This document shows positions 40,775-52,497 of a stretch of DNA of 64,000 bases, one piece after another. The position numbers were made by a program, and so were the translations under genes. Each line of letters starts with the position of its first letter. Position 1 is the stretch's first letter. The notes beneath the pieces were generated by a model. That model saw only the letters and a list, made by a program, of their open reading frames with translations, searched no databases and was not told where the DNA came from. The stretch comes from an uncultured delta proteobacterium (GTDB taxonomy: Bacteria > Desulfobacterota > Binatia > UBA9968), in NCBI GenBank assembly GCA_963728565.1, contig CAVSLC010000001.1, forward strand, positions 1 to 64,000. The letters are read 5' to 3'.

Positions 40775-42933
40775 TTACACCGGATCGCATCGTCCCGACC
40801 ACCTGCCCCTACTGCGGCGTCGGGTGCAATCTGGAACTGCACATCAAGGACGATTTCGTTTACAAAGTGACCTCGCCATTTGACGCGGTGGTGAATCACG
40901 GCAACCTCTGCGTCAAAGGACGGTTCGGCTACGACTTTGTTTACAACAAGGACCGGATAACCACGCCGCTGATTCGCAAGACCGCGCAGGAGCCCGGCAG
41001 GCGCACCCAGGCCTTCGACCGCGAGCAGTGGCGCGAAGTATCCTGGGATGAGGCGCTCGATTATGCCGCAGGCCGGCTGGTGCAGATTTACCGGCGCGAC
41101 GGCGCCGAGGCGATGGCGGTCTACTGCTGCGCCAAGGCGACCAACGAAGACAACTATCTCCTGCAAAAACTGTTTCGCGCGCTGTTCCGCAGCAATAACG
41201 TCGATCACTGCACCCGATTGTGCCATGCGGGCTCGGTAGTAGCGCTGCAAATGGCCCTTGGCTCCTCGGCGATGAGCAACACCGCAGCGGAGGTCATTCA
41301 CAGCGACGTTTTTCTCGTTACCGGTTCCAACACCGCAGAGACCCATCCGATCATTGCGCTGCAAATGAAAGCGGCGGTGGCCAATCACGGCGCCAAGCTC
41401 ATCGTTGTCGATCCGCGGCGAGTGGAGATGGTCAACTGGGCCACACTGTGGCTGCCAGAGAAGCCCGGCACCGACGTGCCGCTCTTTTCGGCGATGGCGC
41501 ATGTCATTATCAAAGAGAAACTTTATAACGGCGATTTCATCGAACGGCGCACCGAAGGCTTCGCAGAGTTCGTGAAGTCGATGGAGAAATTCACGCCCGC
41601 CTATGCCGAGTCGATCTCCGGTGTGGACCGCGACCTGATCGTTGAAGCGGCCCGGATGTATGCGACGGCAAAGAACGCGGCGATCTATTGGGCGCTGGGC
41701 ATTCCCGAGCACTCACACGGCACCGACAATGCGATGTCGCTGATTCATCTCGCGCTGCTCACCGGCCATATTGGCCGCCCAGGCACCGGCCTCAACCCCT
41801 TGAGGGGGCAGAACAACGTGCAGGGTGCATCGGATTCCGGCGCCATGCCATGGCACTATCCCGGTTATCAGAGAGTCGACGACGAGGCGGCCGCAAGTAA
41901 ATTTGAGCACGCTTGGAACAGCGAACCCGGTAGTTTGAACCGCAGGCTGGGTCTGACCACCACAGAAATCATGAGCGCAGTGGGACCGGGCGGCGTGCGC
42001 GCTCTTCACATCATGGGCGAGAATCCGATGATGTCCGAGCCCAACCTGAACCACACGCGCCACAAGATGGAACAACTGGAATTCCTGGTGGCGCAAGACC
42101 TGTTCATCAATGAGTCCGGCGCCTATGCCGACGTCTTTTTGCCGGCGGCTTCATGGGCGGAGAAGGAAGGGACTTTTACCAACACGGACCGGCGCGTCCA
42201 GCGCGTGCGCAAGGCGCTGGAGCCGCGCGGGCAATCCCGTTCCGATTGGCAGATCATTTGTGATCTTGCTCAGCGTATCGAAAAAAAGCTTAGCCGACCG
42301 CAGACAGCTTTTTGGGCATATCAGAGTCCAGCCGAAGTGCTCGAAGAGATGGGCCGTTTGGTTCCTGAATACGCCGGAGTGAAATATTCTCGCATAGAGA
42401 AGGAAGGCTTGCAGACGCCGGTGTGGCACGACAGTCACCCGGGCACTCCCTATCTGTTCGCCGAGACCTTCCCCAGCGGCAAGGGTAAGTTCCACCCGCT
42501 TGAGTATGTGCCGTCTGTGGAAATGCCGGATGACGAATACCCGTTCATCCTCACCACCGGACGCTTGCTCGAGCACTGGCACGGCGGCACGCTAACGCGC
42601 CACTCGAAGCTCGACGAGCTCTATCCCGAGGCGCGCATTGAGATCAATCCCGCGGATGCCGCCCGCCTCACGATCGAAGACGGACAGACGGTGCGGGTCT
42701 CGTCACGGCGAGGTTCCATAGTCCTGCGCGCTTGGGTGACACAGCGGGCGACGCTGGGTGTGGTCTTCATCCCTATGCATTTCGCCGAGGCTGCCGCCAA
42801 TCTGCTGACCATCGACACTTTGGATCCCGTGGCAAAGATCCCCGAGTACAAAGCCTGCGCGGTGCGCGTCGTGCCGGCCACTGACGACCAACTAGTCAGG
42901 CCCGAGGGGAAAGTTCAAAGAGGTAGATACTAA
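40771..42933 (+). CDS. fdhF: Formate dehydrogenase alpha subunit (Mo/W-bisPGD, Cys-ligated)
   Basis: CPYCGVGC; CVKGRFG; DHCTRLCH; LRGQNNVQG; IPEYK. Confidence 0.92.
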   Translation: MITPDRIVPTTCPYCGVGCNLELHIKDDFVYKVTSPFDAVVNHGNLCVKGRFGYDFVYNKDRITTPLIRKTAQEPGRRTQAFDREQWREVSWDEALDYAAGRLVQIYRRDGAEAMAVYCCAKATNEDNYLLQKLFRALFRSNNVDHCTRLCHAGSVVALQMALGSSAMSNTAAEVIHSDVFLVTGSNTAETHPIIALQMKAAVANHGAKLIVVDPRRVEMVNWATLWLPEKPGTDVPLFSAMAHVIIKEKLYNGDFIERRTEGFAEFVKSMEKFTPAYAESISGVDRDLIVEAARMYATAKNAAIYWALGIPEHSHGTDNAMSLIHLALLTGHIGRPGTGLNPLRGQNNVQGASDSGAMPWHYPGYQRVDDEAAASKFEHAWNSEPGSLNRRLGLTTTEIMSAVGPGGVRALHIMGENPMMSEPNLNHTRHKMEQLEFLVAQDLFINESGAYADVFLPAASWAEKEGTFTNTDRRVQRVRKALEPRGQSRSDWQIICDLAQRIEKKLSRPQTAFWAYQSPAEVLEEMGRLVPEYAGVKYSRIEKEGLQTPVWHDSHPGTPYLFAETFPSGKGKFHPLEYVPSVEMPDDEYPFILTTGRLLEHWHGGTLTRHSKLDELYPEARIEINPADAARLTIEDGQTVRVSSRRGSIVLRAWVTQRATLGVVFIPMHFAEAAANLLTIDTLDPVAKIPEYKACAVRVVPATDDQLVRPEGKVQRGRY

Positions 42934-43027
42934 CGTCCGAACGGAACGAGGATCAACCTCGGTGACCCCGGTGAAAGTTCCGCGACGAACTCTGATTGCG
43001 CCGATTTATCAAATCAACAAAGAGCGC

Positions 43028-43097
43028 TTACCGCAGAGTCGCGCAGGACGCGGAGACCGGATTCACAAGTGATCGGCGCTCTGTGCCTCTGCGGTGA
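43028..43097. repeat. REP-like inverted repeat between convergent fdh and tctA
   Basis: ACCGCAGAG ... CTCTGCGGT. Confidence 0.5.
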
Positions 43098-43118
43098 AAA
43101 TCCCGCTTTTCGCTTAGG

Positions 43119-44728
43119 TTAGCGCTTGTCGCTTCGACAGTTCGTAGCGACGCCGGATTCTTCGTTTGTGACACCCTGCCGCCCTGAGTCTCTGCACGCC
43201 CACTTATAGATGAGCTGAGTCAGGCTTGCGATCAGGTATCCCCCGCATCTTACGCCACCACGGTGTAAACAACGGCAAAATGAAAAAGAAAATGGCCAGC
43301 GCCGTGATCCCACCCGATATCGGCCGGTTAAAAAAGATCGTCGAATGATCCTTGAGACATAATCAGACTCTGCCGCAAGGGCATTTTCAGCCATGTCGCC
43401 GAGCACCAGCGCCAGCACCAGCGGCGCCAGGGGATAATCGAGTTTCTTGAAGATATAGCCGATCACGCCGAAGATCAGCATGTACCAGATGTCGATCATG
43501 CTGTTGTGCACCGCGTAAGAGCCGATCGCGCAGATCACAACAATCAGCGGCGTAAGAATCGCAAACGGAATGCGCAGGATCGCCGCGAAGAACGGCACGA
43601 ACGCCAGCACAAGCAGCACGCCGATGACATTCCCCGTATACATGCTGGCGATCAGACCCCAGACGAAGTCCGGGTTGTCGATGAAAAGCATCGGGCCCGG
43701 CTGGAGACCCCAGATGATGAGCCCGCCGAGCATCACCGCCGCCGTTGGCGAACCTGGGATGCCAAGGGTGATCATCGGCAGCATGGCCGCGACGCCGGCA
43801 GCATGGGCGGCGGTTTCAGGGGCCACGATGCCCTCGATCTCGCCTTTGCCGAATCGCTCCGGATGCTTTGAAAAGCGCTTGGCGAAGGCATAGCTCATGA
43901 AGGACGCCGGAGTAGCGCCGCCGGGTTTGAAACCCATCCAGAAGCCGATGATGGAGCTGCGTACGAATGTCCGGTAATATCGCGGTAAAATTTTCCAGGT
44001 ATCGAGTACGACGCGCAGGTTCATTACCGTCTTTGCCCCTTGGAAGCGCAGCCCCTCTTCAACGCTGAGCAAAATTTCGCCGATGCCGAATAGACCAATA
44101 ACCGCGATGATGAAGTCAAAGCCCTTCATCAGATCAGTGAAACCGTAAGGTGAGCCTGAGCTGGCCGGTTACGATATCCAACCCAACCGTCGAGAGCATG
44201 AAGCCGATGAGAATCGTCGCTAACGACTTGAGCGGATTGCCCCCGCCGAGTCCGACAAAACTCGAAAACGTCAGGAGTTGGATGGCAAAAAACTCGGGCG
44301 GCCCAAACTTCAGCGCAACCTCGGCCAGGAGCGGCGCGAAAAACGTGATCAGCACGATTGAGAAGAAAGCACCGACAAACGAAGAGGTAAACGCCGCCGT
44401 AAGCGCCTCCCCGCTTCTGCCTTCCTTGGCCAGCGGATAGCCGTCGAACGTCGTCGCCACCGACCACGGCTCGCCCGGAATATTGAAGAGCACCGAGGTG
44501 ATCGCGCCGCCGAATAAAGCGCCCCAGTAAATGCACGTCAGCAGGATGATGGCGGAAGTCGGAGGCATCGTGAAAGTAAGCGGCAGCAGAATCGCGACAC
44601 CGTTCGCGCCTCCGAGGCCCGGCAGTACGCCGATGATGGTGCCAAGCAAGTATCCCCACTACAGCGATAAAAAGATTAAAAGGCGTTACCGCAATCTGGA
44701 AACCAAGGAAAAGATTCTCAATCCCCAC
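43119..44728 (-). CDS. tctA: Tripartite tricarboxylate transporter large subunit TctA (frameshifted; 3' end approximate)
   Basis: GVLPGLG, NIPGEP, APETA, LGIPGS, QPGP motifs across ORFs 44134-44649 and 43119-44129. Confidence 0.88.
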
Positions 44729-44731
44729 GAC

Positions 44732-45213
44732 TCAGTACCCGAACCAGGCTCTCGACCGGTCCTTTGGGCATGGGCACCAAAAACCAGGTTTCGAAAATGA
44801 GGAATGTGATGACCGGTACCGTTGTGGCGAGCGCCACGACCGTCCGCCAATCGTGGCCGCCCGACCCAGCGCATGTAAAAGCCGAGATAAAGACCCGCCG
44901 CGACATACAGCCCCAGCCCGGGCCATGGGCCCGGCGGATCGGTTATGAGGATGAAGCCGGCCAGAGGTCCCAGAACCTTTAGAACCGGCACGAACCGCGG
45001 CCAAGTAACAAACGCTTCTTGCGACCGGATGCGCAAAGCCTGTACGAATAAAACGATGCTGACCGCCGCCAGGAGGATTGCCAGCCAAAACGGGAAGAAA
45101 CCGCTCTGCGGCCCTTCACTGCCCCAGCCGGCGCCGAGACGCAGAGCATCGTAGATCACCGTTGCGCTCAAAAGCATCAACAGCGCCGCGGTCATGCTAT
45201 CGATAACGCGCAT
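44732..45213 (-). CDS. tctB: TctB small membrane subunit (frameshifted)
   Basis: GPQSGFFP; C-terminal FETWFLVPMPKG. Confidence 0.85.
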
Positions 45214-45214
45214 C

Positions 45215-46201
45215 CTACTTGTTGACCAAACCGCCTTTCGTCATCAATTCCTTATGGAGCTTGTCATTCTCCTCTACCCATTTCACATACTCGCTTCCGG
45301 TGGCAAAGGCCGGTTTGAGCGCGCCCGTTGTGTAAATAATCCTGAAAGTCCTTAGTCTCGAAGATCTTCTTTAAAAAGCCGACGTACCAGTCCAGCGCTT
45401 CCTTGGGCATGTCGGGAGGGCCGAAGATGCCGCGGAGCATGTTGTAGGAGATGTCCGCGCCGAGCGACTCTTTGATGGTCGGGATTCCGCTCCATTCCTT
45501 GTCAGGGATACGCTCCGGGTCGAATACTGCCAGCGGCCGCACGCGCTTTGCCTTCCAATTGCTTACGCATTCGGCCGGGTTATTGACCGTTGAGTCGATG
45601 TGATTGCCGACCAGATTGGTGCACACCTCGCCGCCGCCTTTGAAGGGCACATAAGTGAACTTCACGCCCTGGCTCTGCTCCAGCAGCACGGTGATGATCT
45701 GATCTTCCTGTCTGGATCCGGTGCCGCCCATCTTCATGCCCGGCTTCTGCTTCACAGCGGCCAAGTATTCTTTGGCGCTCTTGTACGGTGTTTCTGCGTT
45801 CACCCAGAGGATGAAACGATCAAGCGCCATGCGCGCGATCGGCGTGAAATCGCGCCAGCTAAACGGCGTGCCCGGTCGCCAGCGGCGTGGTGAACAGGTT
45901 TGACAAGGTAATGATGATCGTGTGCGCGTCGCCCTTCTTTTCCTTCACATGCAGGAAACCCTTCGGCGCCAGCGCCGCCGGATTTATTGACCACGATGAA
46001 AGGTCGAGGTGAGAGCTTGTGTTTATCGCTGATACCGGCCATCAGACGCGCCATTTGATCGGCGCCGCCGCCAGTGCCGGCCGGTATCACGAACTCAATG
46101 GGCTTGGTGGGCTCCCAAGCCATTGCTATGGATGGTCCAAGAAGGAGCTGAATGATAAAAGCCGCGGAGATCACAGTACTCAAGCCGCTGATAATTTTCA
46201 T
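45215..46201 (-). CDS. tctC: TctC/Bug substrate-binding protein (frameshifted)
   Basis: IEFVIPAGTGGGAD..AR; NKSGGAG; YVPFKGGGE. Confidence 0.88.
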
Positions 46202-46417
46202 AGAACCCCTTTTTCTGGTTCAGCTCTGGCTTCGATCAAGACTCAGGCTACGCTTTGAAGCTGTCACATATCGTTGTCTTTGGCGAGTCCGGCTAATCAA
46301 AATTCGAGGTGCCCGTCAAGTGACCGGCCAATGAGGAACGGTCCGACGATTGTTTTTTCTGCTTTGATCCAATAACGTCCTATCAACTTACAGCTAAAAA
46401 CCGACGGCATCGTACCT

Positions 46418-47236
46418 ATGAAGCGCTTTCGTGAACTAAGAATTTTCCGCATAATCTTAGGAGCGGCAGTTTTCATCAATGTGCTGGTGAGTTTTACTCC
46501 TCTCGCTTATTCCTCTTGCCGCGATCCCGAAGTTGCGCGCGGCTTCGGGTCTGTCGCTTACGCGGCGAACGTCGACGCGACGATCCAATACTTTGGCCAT
46601 AATTTTTTCCTCATCACTACCAGCAGGGGAACGCGCATTGTCACCGACCCTCTCGGACCGGGTTGGTATCCAAACCCGAACGTTGTCGGAGATGTCGTCA
46701 CCGTCGGCAAAGAGCAATTCAACCACAATGCCGTTCAGATCGTGATGGGTAACCCGGTGATTTTGCGCGGGCTCAAGAACTATGGGGCGGGTTGGAATAC
46801 CATCAGCACGAGCGTCAAAGACGCGTTCATCTATAACGTGCCGATTCATCAGAACGCTGAATTTATCCAGGGCATTCATGGATCTGCCTTTGTCTTTGAT
46901 TTGGGAACTTTGTGCATCGCGCACCTCGGCGACTTGAGCCAAAAGCTAAACGATCAACAGATTAAAGCCTTCGGCAAGGTCGATGTGGCGCTCACACCGA
47001 TCGGCGGCCGGCGAACGATGGATCCGGAACTCGCCCGCGAAGTCCTGGCTCAGCTCAAACCGAAAATCGCCATTCCGATGCATCATCGCGATAGTTCGTC
47101 TCTGGTACAACAGTTTAGCGCCGGTATGAGAACGCAGGTGCTACCAGGCGACACCCTGACGCTGAGCAAAAGCGCTCTGCCCCAGCCGACTGAAATCAAA
47201 GTGCTGCAACCGCGCGGCGCAATCAGCTATCGGTGA
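46418..47236 (+). CDS. Exported MBL-fold protein (Lactamase_B_3-like) with degenerate metal motif
   Basis: YFGHNFF..TDP; AHLGDL; PIGG; IPMH; hydrophobic N-terminus. Confidence 0.75.
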   Translation: MKRFRELRIFRIILGAAVFINVLVSFTPLAYSSCRDPEVARGFGSVAYAANVDATIQYFGHNFFLITTSRGTRIVTDPLGPGWYPNPNVVGDVVTVGKEQFNHNAVQIVMGNPVILRGLKNYGAGWNTISTSVKDAFIYNVPIHQNAEFIQGIHGSAFVFDLGTLCIAHLGDLSQKLNDQQIKAFGKVDVALTPIGGRRTMDPELAREVLAQLKPKIAIPMHHRDSSSLVQQFSAGMRTQVLPGDTLTLSKSALPQPTEIKVLQPRGAISYR

Positions 47237-47326
47237 TCGGCTCGTGTTAGGACGTACCCCAATGTGAGAACGACGCGAGAGGAGATCAGGAGTGACCGAC
47301 CATTCTCATCATCTCACGGCGGCAAG

Positions 47327-48888
47327 TCACCTTCGGATCTTCCGCCTTGCTGATTTTCCTACCGCAATCAAGAACATCACGCTCTTATCGGCGGCATCGG
47401 GCGAAAAAAATTCGGTCACATCATCGTCGAAGAACGTCAGCCCCGAGGCGCCGAGGCGTTGCGCATAAGCGGCAAGATAGATTCTTCCGCCCATGATCGC
47501 GGCCTCGAGCTGCGCAGCGCGGTAGCCGCGATTGCCGAAACGCTCGAGGATCCGATGCAAATCAGCTAGGAAGTAGATGTTTACACTACAATCGGCCGGG
47601 ATCTCCTGACCGAGTCCGAGGTATCCGGCGTCCCGGCGAAAATCGCCCGTGCTTCAATAACTCGAGTGCGCGCTGCTGAGCGACGAAAGACATAGGCGCC
47701 GGAGGGGAGACCTTCCACGGCATGAACGATCAGATAAAGATCGTTAAGCGTGTCTTCCACGCCGAGAAAATCGGCCGTTAGACCGCGAGTCGCGCGATCG
47801 AGCATGCTTGAAAGTTCAGCAAAAGTAATCGAATCGCGTGAGAACTCGCGGGTCGATCCACGCCGGGTTATCACCTCCTCGATGGTGTCTTTGGGTAGTT
47901 CCCCATCACTAGGTGATTGGAGAGGAAAGAGCTGATCTTCCCTCGCGGCTGCATCCGTTGTCGTTTTTGTAGGTGCTTCTTCTCGCCGCGCGCCACTCCG
48001 CTAACTTCCGCGCCGCTTTCCAACGAGGATGCCTCGTGCATCCGCCTCATCGCGGGATAATCGATTTCTGAGTTGGACAGAGGAGTAGTTTCAAATACTA
48101 CCGGCTCGACCGGTAACGAGAGTGTGATCTTTTTCTTTGCCGAGCGGCCCAACGCCACCAAAGAAAGTGGCGCCTCCCGCTGCGGGTCCAAGGCTAAAAG
48201 CTGGCTCACTGTAGCGTCGACGAAACCCAGGACCACCTTTGCCGGAATATTGCGAGCCGCCGCCGCGGCAAGCAGATTGGCGAGTATGGTTCCATTGTCC
48301 CAATAACAGTGTCGATACGCGCGCGCCTGATATTTCCACGCGTTACGCCAGAAGGTCGAGGCGCTGGCTATGACGCACGACGCTTTTGAAATGGCGGGTT
48401 CCTCGCCGCCGGCTTTCACCAGCGCCGAGTGATAATCACCCTGGCGCAAGCGCCGCAGTGAAAAATCTTGCGGGCTGAAGTGATAGACTCCGGCATCTAG
48501 CCCATCAACATCGCCGCAGATAAGATACAAATCGACATGATAAAGCGCGCCGGTGCAGGCTGCGGCGCGAAACAACATTTCTCCTCCGGCATACTTCCTC
48601 CGTCTGGTGATGCCCGCTGAGAAATAAAAGATTTCCGCCAGAGTTTGCAGATTCACGCCGGATCTCGCTGGTCGCTACGTCTGCGATGGTTGAAATCGCC
48701 GTAAGCGCAGGCACTTTCGAAGATGATAAGTTTTGCGGCAGAGGAATAGCCGGGAGATTTGAATAAATCTTAAAAGGCAGGGGCTGGTTGTCCCAATCCA
48801 AGTGATGCGCCGTGGCCCGGATACTCTGGTACGAGTGCTTGGTCGCGTCATGATACGCCCATGCGGCTTCCGTCTGATGGTTTTCCAT
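47327..48888 (-). CDS. SagB/ThcOx-like two-domain nitroreductase-fold protein (frameshifted)
   Basis: YHDATKH; RAAACTGALY; WKYQARAYR; RRGSTREF; GLTFFDD. Confidence 0.85.
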
Positions 48889-49119
48889 CCGAACTCCTTC
48901 AATCAATATATTTATCTCGACTTATCCGACCCGTCGTGCGCCAGTAGCTCTGATTCCTTACTCGTACCAAGCCGATCGAGTCGGCGCCAGCGATCCGGCG
49001 GTTCAATAATTTGGACAGCAGCTCTGGCAGTTAATTCTCTGGGAACCGCCAGATAACCGATTTGACTTGTAACTTTGGCCAGCGTCGGTTACCGTCTCGG
49101 CGCAAACGGATAAAACACT

Positions 49120-49554
49120 ATGGAATGGTGGATCTGGATCGTGCTTGGGCTGGTGCTGCTTTTGGGCGAGCTGGTTACTCCTGGCGGCTTTTACATTCTT
49201 TTTTTCGGTGTCGGCGCTATCTTCGTTGGTATTCTCGCCGGCTTCAACATCGCCGGGCCGGTTTGGTTTCAGGTAATCGTCTTCTCCGGTTTTTCACTAA
49301 TCACCCTCTGGTTATTTCGCCAGCGGCTGGTGCAATCAACTCACCGCGACGGTCCGGATGAAGTCGACACGCTGGTCGGAGAGACGGCAGTGATCACCGA
49401 AGAGATACCTTCCAGAGGCATCGGCAAAGCTGAAATGCGCGGCACGTCATGGAGCGCCCACAATGTCGGCGAACAATCTCTGGCATGCGGCCAGCGGTGT
49501 AGAGTCGAACGGGTCGAGGGACTGACAATCTACGTCCGCGCGGAGCAAAGTTAA
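49120..49554 (+). CDS. NfeD-like (YbbJ) membrane protein
   Basis: Three TM segments plus OB-fold G.W.A; adjacent to the SPFH gene. Confidence 0.9.
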   Translation: MEWWIWIVLGLVLLLGELVTPGGFYILFFGVGAIFVGILAGFNIAGPVWFQVIVFSGFSLITLWLFRQRLVQSTHRDGPDEVDTLVGETAVITEEIPSRGIGKAEMRGTSWSAHNVGEQSLACGQRCRVERVEGLTIYVRAEQS

Positions 49555-49555
49555 A

Positions 49556-50509
49556 ATGGAGACAGCCATGGGTGGAATCGTAGTCGTCATCGTTCTGGCT
49601 TTCGTGATTATCGTCATTGTCGCCAAAACTGCTGTGGTGGTACCGCAGCAGAGCGCTTATGTGGTCGAACGGCTCGGCAGGTACAGCGGCACCTTGGGCG
49701 CCGGATTTCACATTCTGATCCCGTTTCTCGACGTCGTCCGCTATAAGCATTCTTTGAAAGAGCAAGCCGTCGATATTCCACCGCAAGTTTGCATCACCCG
49801 GGACAACGTTCAAGTGTCAGTGGACGGCGTGCTCTACTTGAAGGTTCTCAATCCCGAGCGCGCCTCCTACGGTATTGGCGACTACGCCTTCGGCATTTCG
49901 CAACTGGCGCAGACGACGCTCCGCAGCGAATTCGGCAAGATCGAGCTGGATAGGACCTTCGAGGAGCGGACTAATATCAATACGCAAGTAGTCAGCGAGC
50001 TCGACAAGGCGTCTGAGCCTTGGGGCATCAAAGTGATGCGCTATGAGATCAAAAACATTACGCCGCCCCACGACGTGCTCGCCGCGATGGAAAAGCAGAT
50101 GCGCGCCGAGCGCGAAAAACGCGCCCTCATTCTGACCTCGGAAGGGCAAAGGGACGCGGCGATCAACAGCGCTGAAGGTGAAAAACAACAGGTCATCAAA
50201 GCTTCCGAAGCCAACAAGCAACAGCAAATCAACGAAGCCGAAGGCGAAGCCGCAGCCATCTTGGCGATCGCCGAAGCGACGGCCAACGGTATTCGTAAGG
50301 TCGCAGAATCGATTCAGCAGCCTGGAGGTTTCGAAGCGGTACAACTCCGTGTCGCCGATAACTACCTCACCCAATTCGGCAAGCTCGCGCAGGAAGGCAA
50401 TACGATGATTCTGCCAGCGACGCTCAGCGACGTCGGCTCGATGATTTCGTTAGCCATGAACGTCATCAGGCAAAAGGGAAGCAGCAACGGCGCGCCGGAG
50501 AAGGCCTAG
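49556..50509 (+). CDS. SPFH/stomatin-like (QmcA/paraslipin) protein
   Basis: VVERLGRY; ITRDNV; LAQTTLRS; QMRAEREKRA. Confidence 0.93.
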   Translation: METAMGGIVVVIVLAFVIIVIVAKTAVVVPQQSAYVVERLGRYSGTLGAGFHILIPFLDVVRYKHSLKEQAVDIPPQVCITRDNVQVSVDGVLYLKVLNPERASYGIGDYAFGISQLAQTTLRSEFGKIELDRTFEERTNINTQVVSELDKASEPWGIKVMRYEIKNITPPHDVLAAMEKQMRAEREKRALILTSEGQRDAAINSAEGEKQQVIKASEANKQQQINEAEGEAAAILAIAEATANGIRKVAESIQQPGGFEAVQLRVADNYLTQFGKLAQEGNTMILPATLSDVGSMISLAMNVIRQKGSSNGAPEKA

Positions 50510-50714
50510 TTCTGATTCTTTCAGCGAAGATTATCCGCACCCATGAGCTCCTTTCCTCGAACCTTCAGATATTGCCATTTCAGCCTATGTTATCATCCGC
50601 CGTTGAAATCGGAGTGTTTGCCGAATCGTAACTTCGGATCTTTGGAAAACCTATGAAGTTCAGTGCAACAATGATCAGGATTGCCCACGGCGTTGTGTCC
50701 GGCTCCCGGGTCGA

Positions 50715-51536
50715 TTATTGCTGGCAAGAGGGGCAATAAAATGCGCTGCGATTACCGATGGCGACCCGCTTGATGATAGCCGCGCAGGCTCTGCATTTTT
50801 CCCCTTCCCGGTCGTAAACGCGAAGGTGGGTTTGAAACTCGCCGCGCTCATCGTCGGCAGTGCGATAATCTGAAAACGATGTGCCGCACCAACGAATCGC
50901 TTGCTGCAGCAAATCGGGAATTGCTTGCGCGATTGCGTATACCTGTTTGCGCGTCAGCCGACAGGCCCGCGCCGTCGGTTTAACGCCGACACTGGCCAAG
51001 ATCTCGTTGGCATAGATATTCCCGAGCCCGCCGATGATTCGCTGATCGAGCAATAAGTCCCGGATGCGCCGGTCAGAAGAGCGCGTGTAGCGAAAAAGAT
51101 ATTCGCCGGTCAAATCTGGATCGAAGGGATCAATACCGAGCGAACACAGCTGCGGCAGCTCGTGCAGAACTTCTTTGCGTGTCACCAGACTAAGGCCGAA
51201 ACGACGCGGGTCATGATAACGCAGCTGCCCGCCGTCAACCAGATGCACGATGATGTGATCGTGTTTGCGACGGGGCGCATCGGCTCCGACACAGATAAGC
51301 TTGCCCGACATACCGAGGTGAAACACCCAGACTAAGCCCTCCGACAACGACATCAGAATGTATTTAGCAGCGCGGCGAATCCCGTGTATCTTCTTGCCGG
51401 CGAGCCCTGTCAGAGCGGTCTCATCGACACGGACCCGCAAGCGCGGCTCCAATATTTCAACTCGCTCGATGGTTCGTCGGACCAAATGAGGCCGCAAACT
51501 CCGGCATACAGTTTCGACTTCGGGCAGTTCAGGCAT
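50715..51536 (-). CDS. mutM: Formamidopyrimidine-DNA glycosylase
   Basis: MPELPEVE; HLGMSG; GNIYANE; C-terminal zinc finger. Confidence 0.96.
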   Translation of the reverse strand: MPELPEVETVCRSLRPHLVRRTIERVEILEPRLRVRVDETALTGLAGKKIHGIRRAAKYILMSLSEGLVWVFHLGMSGKLICVGADAPRRKHDHIIVHLVDGGQLRYHDPRRFGLSLVTRKEVLHELPQLCSLGIDPFDPDLTGEYLFRYTRSSDRRIRDLLLDQRIIGGLGNIYANEILASVGVKPTARACRLTRKQVYAIAQAIPDLLQQAIRWCGTSFSDYRTADDERGEFQTHLRVYDREGEKCRACAAIIKRVAIGNRSAFYCPSCQQ

Positions 51537-51541
51537 GGTCT

Positions 51542-52447
51542 TCAACAATCAAATTGCGGCGTATAATGCTTGGCCAAGTGATTCGCCGGTTGCGCTCTCA
51601 GCAGATGGCTCGAGGCCAACGCGTGCGTCAGATCTATAAAGTTGTCGATGCTTAGCGTTTCACCGCGGCGCCGCGGATCGATATTTTGCGAGCGGAGAAA
51701 TCCCTCAATCTCGTCCCGGCCCGCCTTCAACCATTTGCCCATGACATTGCCGAGAGTCTTGCGCCGTTGTCCAAACGCCGCGCGCAGCAACCCGCGCAGG
51801 ACCGTCATCTCCTCCGAGGGGATGCGCGGGCGCGGGTAAAGTTCCAGTTTAAGCACCGTCGACCGCACTTTCGGCTGGGGGAAAAACGCTTCCGGCGATA
51901 CCTGCAACTTTTTAGTCACCTCCCCGTGAATCTGACACCACACAGATAATGTCCCGTAGGCTTTTGTCCCCGGCGCGCTGGCGATTCGATCGGCGACTTC
52001 TTTTTGCACCATTAAGACAATCGAAGAGAAGTGATCCCGCAATTCAAGCACTCTGAAAAGCACCGGTGTGGAAATGCTGTAAGGCAGATTGCCAATCAAC
52101 TTGATTTTTTGCTTGGGCAGTATTTCTGCCAACGGCACTTTGAGGATGTCCCCTGATATTAGGTGGAATTTTGGATTTGCAATTAGATCGCTTTGTTGCA
52201 ATCTCCGGGTCAGAAACGAATCCACCTCAACCGCCCACACTCCGGCCGCCCGGTCAACCAGACGACGGGTGAGGGCGCCAAGCCCCGGCCCGATCTCCAG
52301 CACCAGATCATCCATTTCAAGAGCCAGAAGGTCCAGGATGGTTTCGAGCACATGCTCATGGACCAAAAAGTTTTGGCCCAGCCGTTTTCTCGGTCTGAAC
52401 TCAGACTCGCGCAACACCGCGCGCACTTCCTCGTACAGGGTTGGCAT
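51542..52447 (-). CDS. rsmA: 16S rRNA m6,2A dimethyltransferase
   Basis: LGQNFL; EIGPGLG; NLPY; MVQKEVA; QRRKTL. Confidence 0.96.
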   Translation of the reverse strand: MPTLYEEVRAVLRESEFRPRKRLGQNFLVHEHVLETILDLLALEMDDLVLEIGPGLGALTRRLVDRAAGVWAVEVDSFLTRRLQQSDLIANPKFHLISGDILKVPLAEILPKQKIKLIGNLPYSISTPVLFRVLELRDHFSSIVLMVQKEVADRIASAPGTKAYGTLSVWCQIHGEVTKKLQVSPEAFFPQPKVRSTVLKLELYPRPRIPSEEMTVLRGLLRAAFGQRRKTLGNVMGKWLKAGRDEIEGFLRSQNIDPRRRGETLSIDNFIDLTHALASSHLLRAQPANHLAKHYTPQFDC

Positions 52448-52497
52448 GATCTATCAACTCAACCCGTCAACCTTTGGAGCGTGGCAAGTCAACCGAG

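Noticed and set aside
40771-42933. Selenocysteine formate dehydrogenase
   Set aside because: The ligand codon is TGC (Cys) in CTRLCH; there is no in-frame TGA.
47327-48888. RiPP (azole) biosynthetic cluster around the SagB-like gene
   Set aside because: No YcaO, precursor peptide or transporter is adjacent; stand-alone two-domain homologs are common.
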